In this document: positions 9,750 through 19,284 of the stretch, piece by piece
How the letters are laid out: each line of letters begins with the position of its first letter
Numbering within the stretch: position 1 is the first letter of the stretch
Assembly: GCA_023957245.1 (NCBI GenBank)
Contig: JAMLHJ010000004.1
Coordinates: 11,680 to 75,679 of the forward strand
Direction of reading: 5' to 3'
Length of the DNA stretch: 64,000 nucleotides
Source of the DNA: Chitinophagales bacterium
Lineage (GTDB): Bacteria > Bacteroidota > Bacteroidia > Chitinophagales > JADIYW01
Notes under the pieces: generated by a model
Database searches by the model: none
Told to the model about the DNA's origin: nothing
Seen by the model: only the letters and a program-made list of their open reading frames with translations
Program-made: the position numbers and the translations under genes

Positions 9750-9814
9750 TGTTGTTAATTTGATTTCCGACTAGAATAGGAATAGAATATTATAGATTTT
9801 TAGATACGCTTATT

Positions 9815-11467
9815 ATGAAAATATTGATTATTGGAGGAGTTGCAGGAGGCGCAACAGCAGCAACGAGATTGAGAAGATTGTCTGAGGAAAATGAAGTAAT
9901 TATCTTTGAAAAAGGAGAGTATGTAAGTTTTGCCAATTGTGGATTGCCTTATTATATCAGTGGAACTATTGAGAATAGAGATAGCTTATTACTTCAGACT
10001 CCAGAAAGTCTAAATGAAAGATATAGATTGGATGTAAGAGTGTTTTCTGAAGTTGTCAAAATTGATGTTGCAAATAAGCAAGTGCATGTTCGCCACCTTA
10101 AAACTAATGAAGAATATATTGAATCTTACGACAAGTTATTGCTATCTCCAGGTGCAGAGCCTATACGACCACCATTTGAAGGTATTAATTCGGATAAAAT
10201 TTTCACATTGAGAAATGTACCTGATGTAGATAAAATAGTAGAAAAATCATTAGCAGCTAAAAGTTTTGTTGTTGTTGGAGGAGGTTTTATCGGCTTGGAA
10301 GTTGCAGAAAATCTGATTGAAGCAGGCAAACAAGTGAAAATAATAGAACTGTCCAATCAAGTGATGGCGCCAGTAGATTATGATATAGCTAGTTTTGTAC
10401 ACGAAAAATCTGCTGAAAAAGGATTGGAATTACTTCTGGAAGTAGGTGTGCAGAAATTTCAAGATCATGGTGAGCAGATTGAAGTATTCTTGAATAATGG
10501 TACTTCTATCATGACTGATGCTGTTGTATTGGCAATAGGAGTGAAGCCAGAAACTCAATTGGCAAAAGATGCAGGATTGACTATTGGTGCAACAGGTGGA
10601 ATATTGGTCAATAAATTTTTACAGACTTCTCAACCTGATATCTATGCAGTAGGAGATGCAATCGAAGTGGAGCATTATATCCATAAGCAAAAAGTATTGA
10701 TTCCACTGGCATGGCCAGCAAATAGACAAGGACGTATTGTTGCAGATAATATTGTAAAAGGCAATCAATATCAGTATTCTGGAAGTTTGGGTTCTTCTAT
10801 TTTGAAATTTTTTGAGCTTTCAATTGCGAGCACTGGATTGAATGAGAAATTGTTAAAGAGAAATAATATCCCTTATAAAACAGCTATTGTAACAAGAGGT
10901 CACCATGCAGGTTATTATCCAGGAGCCAAGAATATGGTCTTAAAATTAATTTTTGATGATAATGGAAAAATTTTTGGAGCACAAGCTGTAGGAGAGAAGG
11001 GGATAGATAAAAGGATTGATGTTATTGCAACTGCTATTAAAGGCAATTTGAGTGTTTATGACTTGCAAGAAATAGAAATTACTTATGCTCCTCCATATAA
11101 CTCGGCTAAAGATGTTGTCAATATAGCTGGTTATACAGCTGGGAATATGCTCGATGATGCTTTGAAGATGATTAATTATGATGTGATGGAAGATTATATC
11201 AAGGAAAATAATGCGGTATTGTTGGATGTGAGAACTGCATCTGAGTTTGCGAAAGGTCATATTCAGGGAGCGATGAATATCCCGGTTGATGATTTGAGAG
11301 ACAATTTTTCATCATTAGATAAGAGTAGAATTTATGTTGTTTATTGTCAAGTGGGATTGAGAGGGTACTTGGCTTATAAAATATTGGAAAATAATGGCTT
11401 CAATGTGGTGAATTTGAATGGTGGCTATCATATTTGGAGTAAAGTGAAGCCTACTGTATTGCCATAA
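9815..11467 (+). CDS. CoA-disulfide/persulfide reductase with C-terminal rhodanese domain
   Basis: FAD fold IIGGVAGGATAA; redox Cys motif SFANCGLPYY; second dinucleotide fold VVGGGFIGLE; rhodanese active-site loop YCQVGLRG. Confidence 0.85.
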   Translation: MKILIIGGVAGGATAATRLRRLSEENEVIIFEKGEYVSFANCGLPYYISGTIENRDSLLLQTPESLNERYRLDVRVFSEVVKIDVANKQVHVRHLKTNEEYIESYDKLLLSPGAEPIRPPFEGINSDKIFTLRNVPDVDKIVEKSLAAKSFVVVGGGFIGLEVAENLIEAGKQVKIIELSNQVMAPVDYDIASFVHEKSAEKGLELLLEVGVQKFQDHGEQIEVFLNNGTSIMTDAVVLAIGVKPETQLAKDAGLTIGATGGILVNKFLQTSQPDIYAVGDAIEVEHYIHKQKVLIPLAWPANRQGRIVADNIVKGNQYQYSGSLGSSILKFFELSIASTGLNEKLLKRNNIPYKTAIVTRGHHAGYYPGAKNMVLKLIFDDNGKIFGAQAVGEKGIDKRIDVIATAIKGNLSVYDLQEIEITYAPPYNSAKDVVNIAGYTAGNMLDDALKMINYDVMEDYIKENNAVLLDVRTASEFAKGHIQGAMNIPVDDLRDNFSSLDKSRIYVVYCQVGLRGYLAYKILENNGFNVVNLNGGYHIWSKVKPTVLP

Positions 11468-11549
11468 CTAGTAAAATATATAGTGTTTATAATTTTGATA
11501 TTGTATTTGTAAATGATTTTGTGAGTAGTTTATGTGTTTTTTCTATGGT

Positions 11550-11582
11550 AAGGGTGGTAGTGTTATCACCCTTCTTTTGTTA
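11550..11582 (+). terminator. rho-independent terminator after the CoADR gene
   Basis: Stem AAGGGTG (11550-11556) pairs with CACCCTT (11567-11573), then CTTTTGTT. Confidence 0.6.
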
Positions 11583-12040
11583 AAAATGTTTTTTCTGTTT
11601 TAAGTAAAAATTAAAAAAAATAAGAAATAGGATAAAAAAGTCCTATTATATTAAGTGTATTTTTCATTGAATTTGAATTGTGACTATTGTTACATAAGAA
11701 GGAAATTATGAAATTCTAAGTTTTTAATTACTAATAGAGGTTTTGGATAATTTTACGGAGTCGAAGATGAATTAGTTTTTTTAGTGGGACATTATGATTG
11801 ATATAAGGTTATAACTTATTGATATTTAGATATTTAATTTCAATGCTCTAATGATTATTTGCCCATTTGTATCAACTGTTTTCGGCTTATTTGTGTTTGT
11901 TAAAATTTTATTTTCTGAGTAAAGGAATGTGTAAGAAAGAAATTTTTCAAAATGAATAAAATTGAAACTTTCATTTTTGCTATTTAAATATTTAGTATAT
12001 GTTAACAAAGTATATCTTTTGTTTAAAGGCTTATTTTACC

Positions 12041-12054
12041 TTGATTCTTATCAC
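12041..12054 (+). promoter_or_regulatory. FNR/CRP-family-type box upstream of the nirK operon
   Basis: TTGATTCTTATCAC matches TTGAT-N4-ATCAA at 9 of 10 positions. It ends 56 nt before the ATG at 12110. A near -7 box, TTTCTTTG, sits at 12077-12084. Confidence 0.35.
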
Positions 12055-12109
12055 AGTGAAAAAATGAGAATAGCTGTTTCTTTGCATTAGATAATTAAAA
12101 ACTACTGTT

Positions 12110-13462
12110 ATGAAACTCTATCAACAAATACAAAGAGCTCTTCTGTTGCCAATATTGACAGTTGTTCTTACTCCTTCAGTTCAAGCTCAAGAAACTGACT
12201 CATTGGAGAATAGTTTCAGCATTTCTGCACAAATTCGTCCTAAGCTTGAAATTAGAGATGGAGCATTTCGCCCATTGAGTCCAGATGAAAAAATTGCTGC
12301 ATTGGTAAGTGAGCGTATTCGTCTAAATATAGATTATTCCTTTAAAGATATTTTGTCACTTCGTATATCTCCTCAACATGTAGGAGTATGGGGACAAGGC
12401 AATATGGTTCAAGGTGCTGAGAATAGTGGAAACAAGTTGGCACTTTATGAAACATGGGCAAAGTTGAAATTGGCATCTAATTGGGATATGAAATTAGGGC
12501 GCCAAGTAATTTCTTTAGACGATGAAAGATTTTTTGGTGAATTGGATTGGGCGCAGGGAGGAAGAGTACATGATGCGATTTCTATCAGTTTTGCTAAGAA
12601 AAAATATGAGCTAAAAGGATTTTTTGCATATAACCAAAACTATAAAACACTTTATAATAATAACTTAAGCAACCCTTCAGGTAATTTATATTCTACCTCT
12701 GATGCATTTCCATACAAATGGATGCAGACAGTATGGGCGGGAATTCCTGTAGGAAAGACTTCTAAAATAAGTTTATTGGTCACTAATTTAGGTCTGCAAA
12801 ATGCAAAATCTGCTACAGATTCTACTGTGAAGAACTATAATTCTCAAACTTATGGAGTTAATTACTTTAATAATGGAAAGAAATTGAATGGAAATGTTTC
12901 TGCTTATTTTCAGGGTGGAAAAAATGCTGGAGGAATAAAGACACAAGCATATCTAGTTGCAGTTTATTTAGGATATAATATTGACAATCAGTGGTCTGTT
13001 GGCGTAGGAAGTGACTTGGTAAGTGGAAATGACTTGGGTGTCTCACAAGAAAAGAATACAGCTTTCAATCCCTATTTTCATACAGGACATAAGTTCTATG
13101 GTTCAATGGATTATTATTATGCAGGAAATGCACATAAAAATGTAGGCTTGTCAGATAGCTATATCAAAGTGAATTATAAAGGAAAGCAAGGATATAATAT
13201 CAATGTAGCAGTACATCAGTTTGTAACACCTAATAAAATTATAAGTGAAATAGAAGAATATGCAAAAAATCTAGGTCAAGAAATAGATTTCACTCTTTCA
13301 TATAAACTTAATAAATTTGCGACTTTATCTGGAGGATATTCATTCTATATCAATACACCGACAGTTAATTATTTAAAAAACACACCAAACGGAAAAGATT
13401 TTCAACAATGGGCATGGATGTCATTGAATATAACACCAAAATTATTTAACACCAAATTTTAG
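12110..13462 (+). CDS. outer-membrane beta-barrel porin (alginate-export-family-like), first gene of the nirK operon
   Basis: Signal peptide ending ..VQAQE; amphipathic beta-strand pattern; C-terminal ..FNTKF. There is a 5-nt gap to nirK. Confidence 0.5.
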   Translation: MKLYQQIQRALLLPILTVVLTPSVQAQETDSLENSFSISAQIRPKLEIRDGAFRPLSPDEKIAALVSERIRLNIDYSFKDILSLRISPQHVGVWGQGNMVQGAENSGNKLALYETWAKLKLASNWDMKLGRQVISLDDERFFGELDWAQGGRVHDAISISFAKKKYELKGFFAYNQNYKTLYNNNLSNPSGNLYSTSDAFPYKWMQTVWAGIPVGKTSKISLLVTNLGLQNAKSATDSTVKNYNSQTYGVNYFNNGKKLNGNVSAYFQGGKNAGGIKTQAYLVAVYLGYNIDNQWSVGVGSDLVSGNDLGVSQEKNTAFNPYFHTGHKFYGSMDYYYAGNAHKNVGLSDSYIKVNYKGKQGYNINVAVHQFVTPNKIISEIEEYAKNLGQEIDFTLSYKLNKFATLSGGYSFYINTPTVNYLKNTPNGKDFQQWAWMSLNITPKLFNTKF

Positions 13463-13467
13463 TAAAC

Positions 13468-14505
13468 ATGAAAAAACACTTAATTCTTTTTGCAAGTGCG
13501 GCAATGTTCTTAGGGCTGATGAGCTGTAAGCAAAATGCCACAAGTACTCCAGCTATTGATATGGTAGCTCAAGGAGAACCAGAAGTCGCTCAAGTTACTG
13601 GCGCACCGAATGTTCCAGCTCCAGTAGGAGATAGAGGTCCTAAAAAATGGATAGTCGATTTAGAGACTACAGAGATTGAAGGAATTATTGCTGATGGTAT
13701 TCCTTATACTTTCTGGACATTTAATAATACTGTACCAGGTAGCTTTATCAGAATCAGAGTAGGAGACGAAGTTACTCTTAATCTTAAAAATGCTGCTAAT
13801 AGTGTATTGCCTCACAATATTGACTTACACGCAGTAACTGGACCTGGTGGAGGTGCTGCTGCTACTACTTCTGCTCCTGGTCAGACAACTTCAGTCAACT
13901 TTAAAGCTCTTAACCCTGGATTGTATGTTTACCATTGTGCTGCGCCTCCAGTACCTATGCACATCGGTAATGGTATGTATGGTCTTATTTTAGTTGAACC
14001 AGAAGGAGGTCTTCCTAAAGTAGATAGAGAATACTATATCATGCAAGGTGATTTTTATACTAAAGCATCATCTGTTAAAGAAGGTCTTTTAGAGTTTGAT
14101 AACGATAAAGCGGTTGCAGAACATCCTGATTATGTATTGTTTAACGGATCAAAAGGTTCTTTATTAGGAGCTAATATGATAGAAGCAAAAGTGGGTGAAA
14201 CTGTTCGTTTATTCGTAGGAAATGGTGGTCCTAACTTGACATCTTCTTTCCACGTGATTGGAGAAATCTTTGACAATGTTTATCTTGAAGGTGGTTCTAC
14301 AATCTCTCACAATATTCAGACTACAATGATTCCTGCTGGTGGTGCTGCTATCGTAGAATTCAAAGTAGAAGTACCTGGAGAATATGTATTAGTTGACCAC
14401 TCTTTATCAAGAGCATTTAACAAAGGTGCTATCGGTAAATTGAAAGTGACTGGTGATGAAAATCCTAAAGTTTTCAAAGCTGCTGGTCCATTGGCTGATC
14501 ATTAA
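13468..14505 (+). CDS. nirK: copper-containing nitrite reductase NirK (lipoprotein form)
   Basis: Type 1/type 2 Cu ligand blocks [16 protein letters not shown] and [20 protein letters not shown]; lipobox LGLMSC. Confidence 0.95.
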   Translation: MKKHLILFASAAMFLGLMSCKQNATSTPAIDMVAQGEPEVAQVTGAPNVPAPVGDRGPKKWIVDLETTEIEGIIADGIPYTFWTFNNTVPGSFIRIRVGDEVTLNLKNAANSVLPHNIDLHAVTGPGGGAAATTSAPGQTTSVNFKALNPGLYVYHCAAPPVPMHIGNGMYGLILVEPEGGLPKVDREYYIMQGDFYTKASSVKEGLLEFDNDKAVAEHPDYVLFNGSKGSLLGANMIEAKVGETVRLFVGNGGPNLTSSFHVIGEIFDNVYLEGGSTISHNIQTTMIPAGGAAIVEFKVEVPGEYVLVDHSLSRAFNKGAIGKLKVTGDENPKVFKAAGPLADH

Positions 14506-14529
14506 TAGTTAGATTATTTAAACGAAAGG

Positions 14530-15393
14530 ATGTTAGTAATGAATAAGAATTTTGTAAGTATAGTTGTTGTTGCAATTGCCTTAATGTTGGCATGTAAAAG
14601 AGCACCAGAACAATTAGTTTCTGACGAAAAACAAGATTTGATTTCAAACAATCTTCATCCGATTGAAATAAAAACAACGATGGTTTATATTCCCGGTGGG
14701 GAATATAAACCATTTTATAGTTCAGACTCAGACTTGGTTGCCGTTCAACCTTTTCTGCTGGATGAACGACCTGTTACCAATCAGGAATATTTAAAATTTG
14801 TGGAAGCCAATCCTCAATGGCGCAAATCTAATATAAAGAGAATTTATTCAGATGCTGTTTATTTAAGAGATTGGCAAGGTGATTTAGAATTACCTAAAGG
14901 AGCATTATTAGACGCACCAGTTACTTTTGTTCCTTGGTTTGCTGCAAAAGCTTATGCTCAAAGTATAGGAAAAAGATTACCGACTTTAGATGAATGGGAA
15001 TTTGTGGCTATGGCAGATACCGAGGTGCCCAATGCTCGTGAGAAAAAGAAGTACTCTGATGACATCATAGATTTATATATGCAGAAAGATAGACAATATA
15101 AATCTGTGAAATTAAGCCCTCCCAATTATTGGGGCGTATATAATATGTTTGATCTGATATGGGAATGGACAGACGATTTTAATTCAATTTTGACTACAGG
15201 AGACTCTCGTGCAGGAGAGTATGATGATAAAAATATGTTCTGTGCAGCTGGTGGTGCAACGAGTGCCACTGATATACTGAACTATGCAGCTTTTATGAGA
15301 TTTGCTTTACGTGCATCTATTAAAGCCAATTATAATATAGCCAATCTGGGATTCAGATGTGCTAAAGATACCACAGTTGTTTTACCTCAATAA
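14530..15393 (+). CDS. nirV: formylglycine-generating-enzyme (SUMF1) family protein, NirV-like
   Basis: FGE-sulfatase-fold blocks (YLKFV, RLPTLDEWEF, GVYNMFDLIWEWT, LGFRCAKD); lipobox MLAC; positioned directly after nirK. Confidence 0.8.
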   Translation: MLVMNKNFVSIVVVAIALMLACKRAPEQLVSDEKQDLISNNLHPIEIKTTMVYIPGGEYKPFYSSDSDLVAVQPFLLDERPVTNQEYLKFVEANPQWRKSNIKRIYSDAVYLRDWQGDLELPKGALLDAPVTFVPWFAAKAYAQSIGKRLPTLDEWEFVAMADTEVPNAREKKKYSDDIIDLYMQKDRQYKSVKLSPPNYWGVYNMFDLIWEWTDDFNSILTTGDSRAGEYDDKNMFCAAGGATSATDILNYAAFMRFALRASIKANYNIANLGFRCAKDTTVVLPQ

Positions 15394-15402
15394 TTTAATC
15401 TT

Positions 15403-15987
15403 ATGAAAATTGTAAATTATTTTTTATTGATGTCTATTCTACTTGTTTCTTGCCAAAGTAAACAACAGAATAATGTAAACGAAGAACTGCCTTCTAATTC
15501 GATTTTTCAATTGTCTTCTGAATGGCAAAATCAGAATGGAGACACCTTACAGTTAAAAGATTTACAGGGAAAAACATTGGTTGTAGTAATGATATATACA
15601 ACATGTAAATCTGCTTGCCCTATTCTGGTTTCTAAAATGAAACTGATAGAATCCCAAATCAGCCCTAAAGACATAGATAAGGTTTCTCTAGTTTTAGTAT
15701 CTATAGATCCAGAAACTGATACTCCTGATTTTTTAAAGAAATTTGCGAAAAAGAATGGAATGGAAGCTCCTCAGTGGGTGTTCTTACGTTCCAATGAATA
15801 TGCTACTCAAGAGTTTGCTAATGTGCTCTCTATGAAGTACAAAAAGATTTCTCCTATAGATTTTTCACATTCTAATATCATCAGTATTTTTAGCCCTAAA
15901 GGACAATTGGTCAAGCAAGAAGAAGGCTTGGAAATCAATGTTGATAATGTTGTTGCTACTGTAACTAAAGTGGTGAATGGGAAGTAG
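15403..15987 (+). CDS. SCO1/SenC-family copper chaperone (thioredoxin fold)
   Basis: CKSACP (CxxxCP) Cu-binding motif and a distal His (DFSHS); lipobox LLVSC. Confidence 0.85.
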   Translation: MKIVNYFLLMSILLVSCQSKQQNNVNEELPSNSIFQLSSEWQNQNGDTLQLKDLQGKTLVVVMIYTTCKSACPILVSKMKLIESQISPKDIDKVSLVLVSIDPETDTPDFLKKFAKKNGMEAPQWVFLRSNEYATQEFANVLSMKYKKISPIDFSHSNIISIFSPKGQLVKQEEGLEINVDNVVATVTKVVNGK

Positions 15988-16106
15988 TTGAGAATTGAGA
16001 ATTAAGAGTTGAGAATCAAGAGTCAAGAACCAAGATTCAAGACTTTTTGTATTGGGTAGTGGGTATTTGGTATTGGGATGATGGACGATGGACGATGGAC
16101 GATATT
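15988..16106 (+). repeat. 119-nt tract of 17 heptamers in unbroken 7-nt phase, starting 1 nt after the SCO stop codon
   Basis: TTGAGAA TTGAGAA TTAAGAG TTGAGAA TCAAGAG TCAAGAA CCAAGAT TCAAGAC TTTTTGT ATTGGGT AGTGGGT ATTTGGT ATTGGGA TGATGGA CGATGGA CGATGGA CGATATT. Confidence 0.9.
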
Positions 16107-16226
16107 TTTTCTTACATTTTATCTTTTCCATTTCACGAGTAGGAACGAATCACATTTTATTCGAAATCATTATTCTTTAAACCCAATAAAAGGTAAGTGT
16201 CTAAATTATCATTTATCTTTGAATAG

Positions 16227-17162
16227 ATGTTATTAGAAAAGCTTATTTCATTACTTAAAGCATTTTATAGCCTCATACTAGATGCTATCCATAAGTTTAA
16301 TGAGGAGAATGTTGTCAAATTAGGTGCATCCTTATCTTATTATACCTTATTTTCGTTACCTCCATTATTGATAATTATTATTGCTTTGAGCGGACTCTTT
16401 TTCGGAGAAGATGCTATGAAAGGTGAGTTGGTTGCTCAGATTGAAGATGTAGTAGGAAAGTCTTCAGCCATTTTTATTCAAAGCACATTAAGTAATATTC
16501 AATTGAATTATCCCAATGGATGGGCAGCGATTATAAGCTCAGGAGTTTTATTGTTCACTGCTTCAACAGTATTTGCAGAAATTCAGAGTTCAATCAATAC
16601 TATTTGGGGTTTAAAAACTAAACCTAATAAAGGGCTTATAAAATTTATTTTCAATAGGCTAGTATCATTCTCTATGGTAGTATCAATGGGTTTCATATTG
16701 ATGGTCAGCCTTTTGTTGAATGGTATATTGAAAGTAATCAGTAATAAATTGTTATTGATTTTAGATATTGATCAATTAAATTCAGTCTTTTTAATTAATT
16801 CATCTATTTCATTGTTAATTATTTGCACGCTTTTTACAATTATATTTAAGAGTTTACCTGATGCAAAAATTCGATTAAGAGATGCTCTTGTTGGGGCAAT
16901 ATTTACTTCTATTTTGTTTCTATTGGGTAAGTACTTAATAGGCTATTATTTATCTACTACTAATTTAGGCTCTGTCTATGGTGCTACTGCATCTGTTGCT
17001 ATACTGATGGTGTGGGTATATTATTCTGCTATTATCTTATATTTTGGTGCAGTCTTCACTAAAGTTTATACTGATAAATATGGGAGAAAAATCATTCCTA
17101 ATACATACACTTTCCTTGTTATTCGTTCAGAAAGAGAGATATCTGCTGATGATGTATTGTGA
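16227..17162 (+). CDS. YihY/BrkB-family inner-membrane protein
   Basis: The SLSYYTLFSLPPLL signature and six predicted TM segments. Confidence 0.8.
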   Translation: MLLEKLISLLKAFYSLILDAIHKFNEENVVKLGASLSYYTLFSLPPLLIIIIALSGLFFGEDAMKGELVAQIEDVVGKSSAIFIQSTLSNIQLNYPNGWAAIISSGVLLFTASTVFAEIQSSINTIWGLKTKPNKGLIKFIFNRLVSFSMVVSMGFILMVSLLLNGILKVISNKLLLILDIDQLNSVFLINSSISLLIICTLFTIIFKSLPDAKIRLRDALVGAIFTSILFLLGKYLIGYYLSTTNLGSVYGATASVAILMVWVYYSAIILYFGAVFTKVYTDKYGRKIIPNTYTFLVIRSEREISADDVL

Positions 17163-17757
17163 GAGGAGTGAAGTGATGAAGCAATGTAATAATGTGGAGA
17201 TAAATTATGAATTGAGAATTAAAAATTTAAAATTAAAAATTACGAGGTTCGAAGTACGAATGAAAAATGCTGGAAGTAGAGTTTGCCTCATAGAGGCTAC
17301 CGCTTGGTAAAAATAAATAATCAACCACCTATTGCTCCGTAGGAGCTACCCTAAATAATATTGTCGTCAAATTATACCACAAAGTTTCTCAAAGAAGCAC
17401 AGAGTTTCTCAAAGAAATTGCTTTGTGTATTTTGTGCCTTCTTAGTGTCTTTTGTGTAATAGTTTTTAAAATTAACCACAAAGTACACCAAGTTTCTACG
17501 CTAAGTTCACGGAGTTTAATGAGATAATGTGAAGATGTGGATTGCTTCGTTCCTCGCAATGACGATTTTTCCCAGTTCGTCACGCTGTAAGCATCTATAG
17601 TTAATGCTGTATAGCAATGAGATTCTTTCAGAATGACAGTAGTATTATAATAATCATGCTGAACTTGTTTTAGCATCAATAGAAGAGACCCTAAGTCAAG
17701 TTCAAAGTAGCAATGTAAGTAGGGATATATATATTACCCTTATCTAAAGTGCATATA
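17160..17757 (+). repeat. mosaic intergenic repeat tract that begins on the brkB-like stop codon
   Basis: Modules in order: TGAGAGGAG..ATGAAGCAATGTAATAATGTGGAGA; TTGAGAATTAA heptamers; GTACGAATGAAAAATGC; a 102-nt hairpin module; a 10-nt phased CAAAG tract; TAACCACAAAG..TTCACGGAG; then hairpin motifs ATTGCTTCGTTCCTCGCAAT and ATGCTGAACTTGTTTTAGCAT. Confidence 0.85.
17251..17352 (+). repeat. 102-nt three-hairpin module, copy 1 (copy 2 at 19601-19702)
   Basis: Contains GCCTC-ATA-GAGGC, TACC-GCTT-GGTA and GCTCC-GTA-GGAGC. It differs from copy 2 at about 7 of 102 positions by eye, with no indels. Confidence 0.85.
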
Positions 17758-19284
17758 TTATATTTCTTCTACAGAGCTATGACGATCTGAAAATACAATA
17801 TCAGGAATTTTAGCTTCAGAAAACGCATCTAGCAATTTGTCGATACCATTGTTGATTTTGTACTGCATTTCTTCAGGAAAGACTGGTATTACAGTATAAA
17901 TGTACAGTGAGTCTGCTCCCAATTGCATCTCTTGAAAATCTTCTGGAAGAGTAATGCTGTCAATAATTACTACTCCTTCAAAAGCAGTATTTGCTATTGG
18001 TTTTGATGGAGATCCATTCGGAATACTATGTCCATAACACAACCATGTGTCATGTTGCTTAGGTATTCTAGCAAGATTTTTTAACCACAAAATAGGCCAA
18101 TAATTATTTGGATCTTTTAAACCATTCTGAGACAAATCCCAATTCCTAGGTAAGATAATTGCCAATTCTCCATATTGGTATTTTTCATAACCTTCTGGAG
18201 TATTCATGGCAAACCTACTCATGCCAGAAGATACTAATAAATGATAATTGCGCTCTTCATTAGGTTGGATATGATAGATATCTATCCTTAATTCATCATT
18301 TCTTTTGTCTGTCAATAAGATAACATCTTCATTGTCATAAAATTGGTCAATATGAAAGTCTAATGCCATGAGAATATTGGGAGCTTCTTCAACTGGAATA
18401 GTAGCATTATCTTCTACATCTTCTACCGCAGCATCTAAGTCAAAAAGATCTTCAATAGTATCTTCTTGTTTTTCCTCTATCTTAACTTGTTCTTCTTCAG
18501 TTTTCTCTGGAGTAACTTGTGATGGCTCGCTTTCTTCACCAAACCCAAAAAGTGAAAATTGGTTTTCCGTTGATGTTTTATCTTTTTTTGCCACGTTTTC
18601 TGTATTTAGAGATTCATCTGTTGTTTGTTCTTCAATTATAGGAGTAGGTTCAATCGCTACTTGTTCTTCAATAATGATATTACTATCTATTGTAGATGTT
18701 GGAGTTTCTTCTGTATGAGGTATAACTTGTTCTTCAATCGCAACTACTTGAGGTTCATCAGCTATTTTACCTAGTTTTCTTAATATTTCGTTGGCCATAG
18801 GGCTATACTTGCCATTTTCTGTATGGTCAAAATATTTTTCTATAAATAAAATATCATCAGTCAATTTATGGTGCTTTAAACAGGCATCCCAGATATTTTT
18901 ATCGGTAATATCAGGGTGCATTCCATGGTTACGAGCAGTTATATAGTATTCAATAGCTTTATAAAAATCTCCTAGCTTCAAGTAAGCCGAACCGATTCCA
19001 TTCTCATATCTATCTCTTTCTTCTGGATATTTTTGGATAAGCGCTTGATAAATTTCTATACTTGCTTCGAATGGTCCTTCTCTCAATAACTTATCTGCCA
19101 ATTGTATTTGTTCCCCTTGACTTCTATTATTGAGGAAATAATTAATTTTTTCAGAAAGGGTAGCATTATTGATATCGAAAGAAGCTATTTCATAAATATT
19201 CTTCCCACTAGGCTCACCCAATCCTTCATGATGTTTGCCTTCTTCATTAGCTATTTTCTTCTTGAGAACGTCCCATATACCCAT
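17758..19284 (-). CDS. TPR plus acidic low-complexity linker plus SUFU-like (suppressor-of-fused family) domain protein
   Basis: N-terminal TPR-like repeats (GSAYLKLGDFYKAIEYY); E/T/I-rich linker with repeated IEEQV; C-terminal block YHLLVSSGMS..YGELAIILPRNW..WPILWLKNLARIP resembling bacterial SUFU-like domains. Confidence 0.6.
   Translation of the reverse strand: MGIWDVLKKKIANEEGKHHEGLGEPSGKNIYEIASFDINNATLSEKINYFLNNRSQGEQIQLADKLLREGPFEASIEIYQALIQKYPEERDRYENGIGSAYLKLGDFYKAIEYYITARNHGMHPDITDKNIWDACLKHHKLTDDILFIEKYFDHTENGKYSPMANEILRKLGKIADEPQVVAIEEQVIPHTEETPTSTIDSNIIIEEQVAIEPTPIIEEQTTDESLNTENVAKKDKTSTENQFSLFGFGEESEPSQVTPEKTEEEQVKIEEKQEDTIEDLFDLDAAVEDVEDNATIPVEEAPNILMALDFHIDQFYDNEDVILLTDKRNDELRIDIYHIQPNEERNYHLLVSSGMSRFAMNTPEGYEKYQYGELAIILPRNWDLSQNGLKDPNNYWPILWLKNLARIPKQHDTWLCYGHSIPNGSPSKPIANTAFEGVVIIDSITLPEDFQEMQLGADSLYIYTVIPVFPEEMQYKINNGIDKLLDAFSEAKIPDIVFSDRHSSVEEI

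Noticed and set aside
11826-12008. 60-aa minus-strand ORF in the nirK-operon leader
   Set aside because: It is a low-complexity AT-rich translation with no family resemblance. It lies in a probable regulatory spacer.
17243-17262. tRNA-like T-arm words (GGTTCGAAGTACGAA here; GGGGTTCGTGATC at 59473-59485)
   Set aside because: No complementary T-stem, acceptor stem or anticodon arm can be drawn around either. No tRNA gene is supported anywhere in the window.
17389-17679. 96-aa minus-strand ORF (MMLKQVQHD..SLRGTKQS..). Similar ORFs lie at 15865-16131, 17044-17310, 19383-19595, 19682-19867 and 20111-20395.
   Set aside because: All lie wholly inside the mosaic repeat tracts. Their peptides are low-complexity read-outs of the repeat words, and they have no start context or family resemblance.
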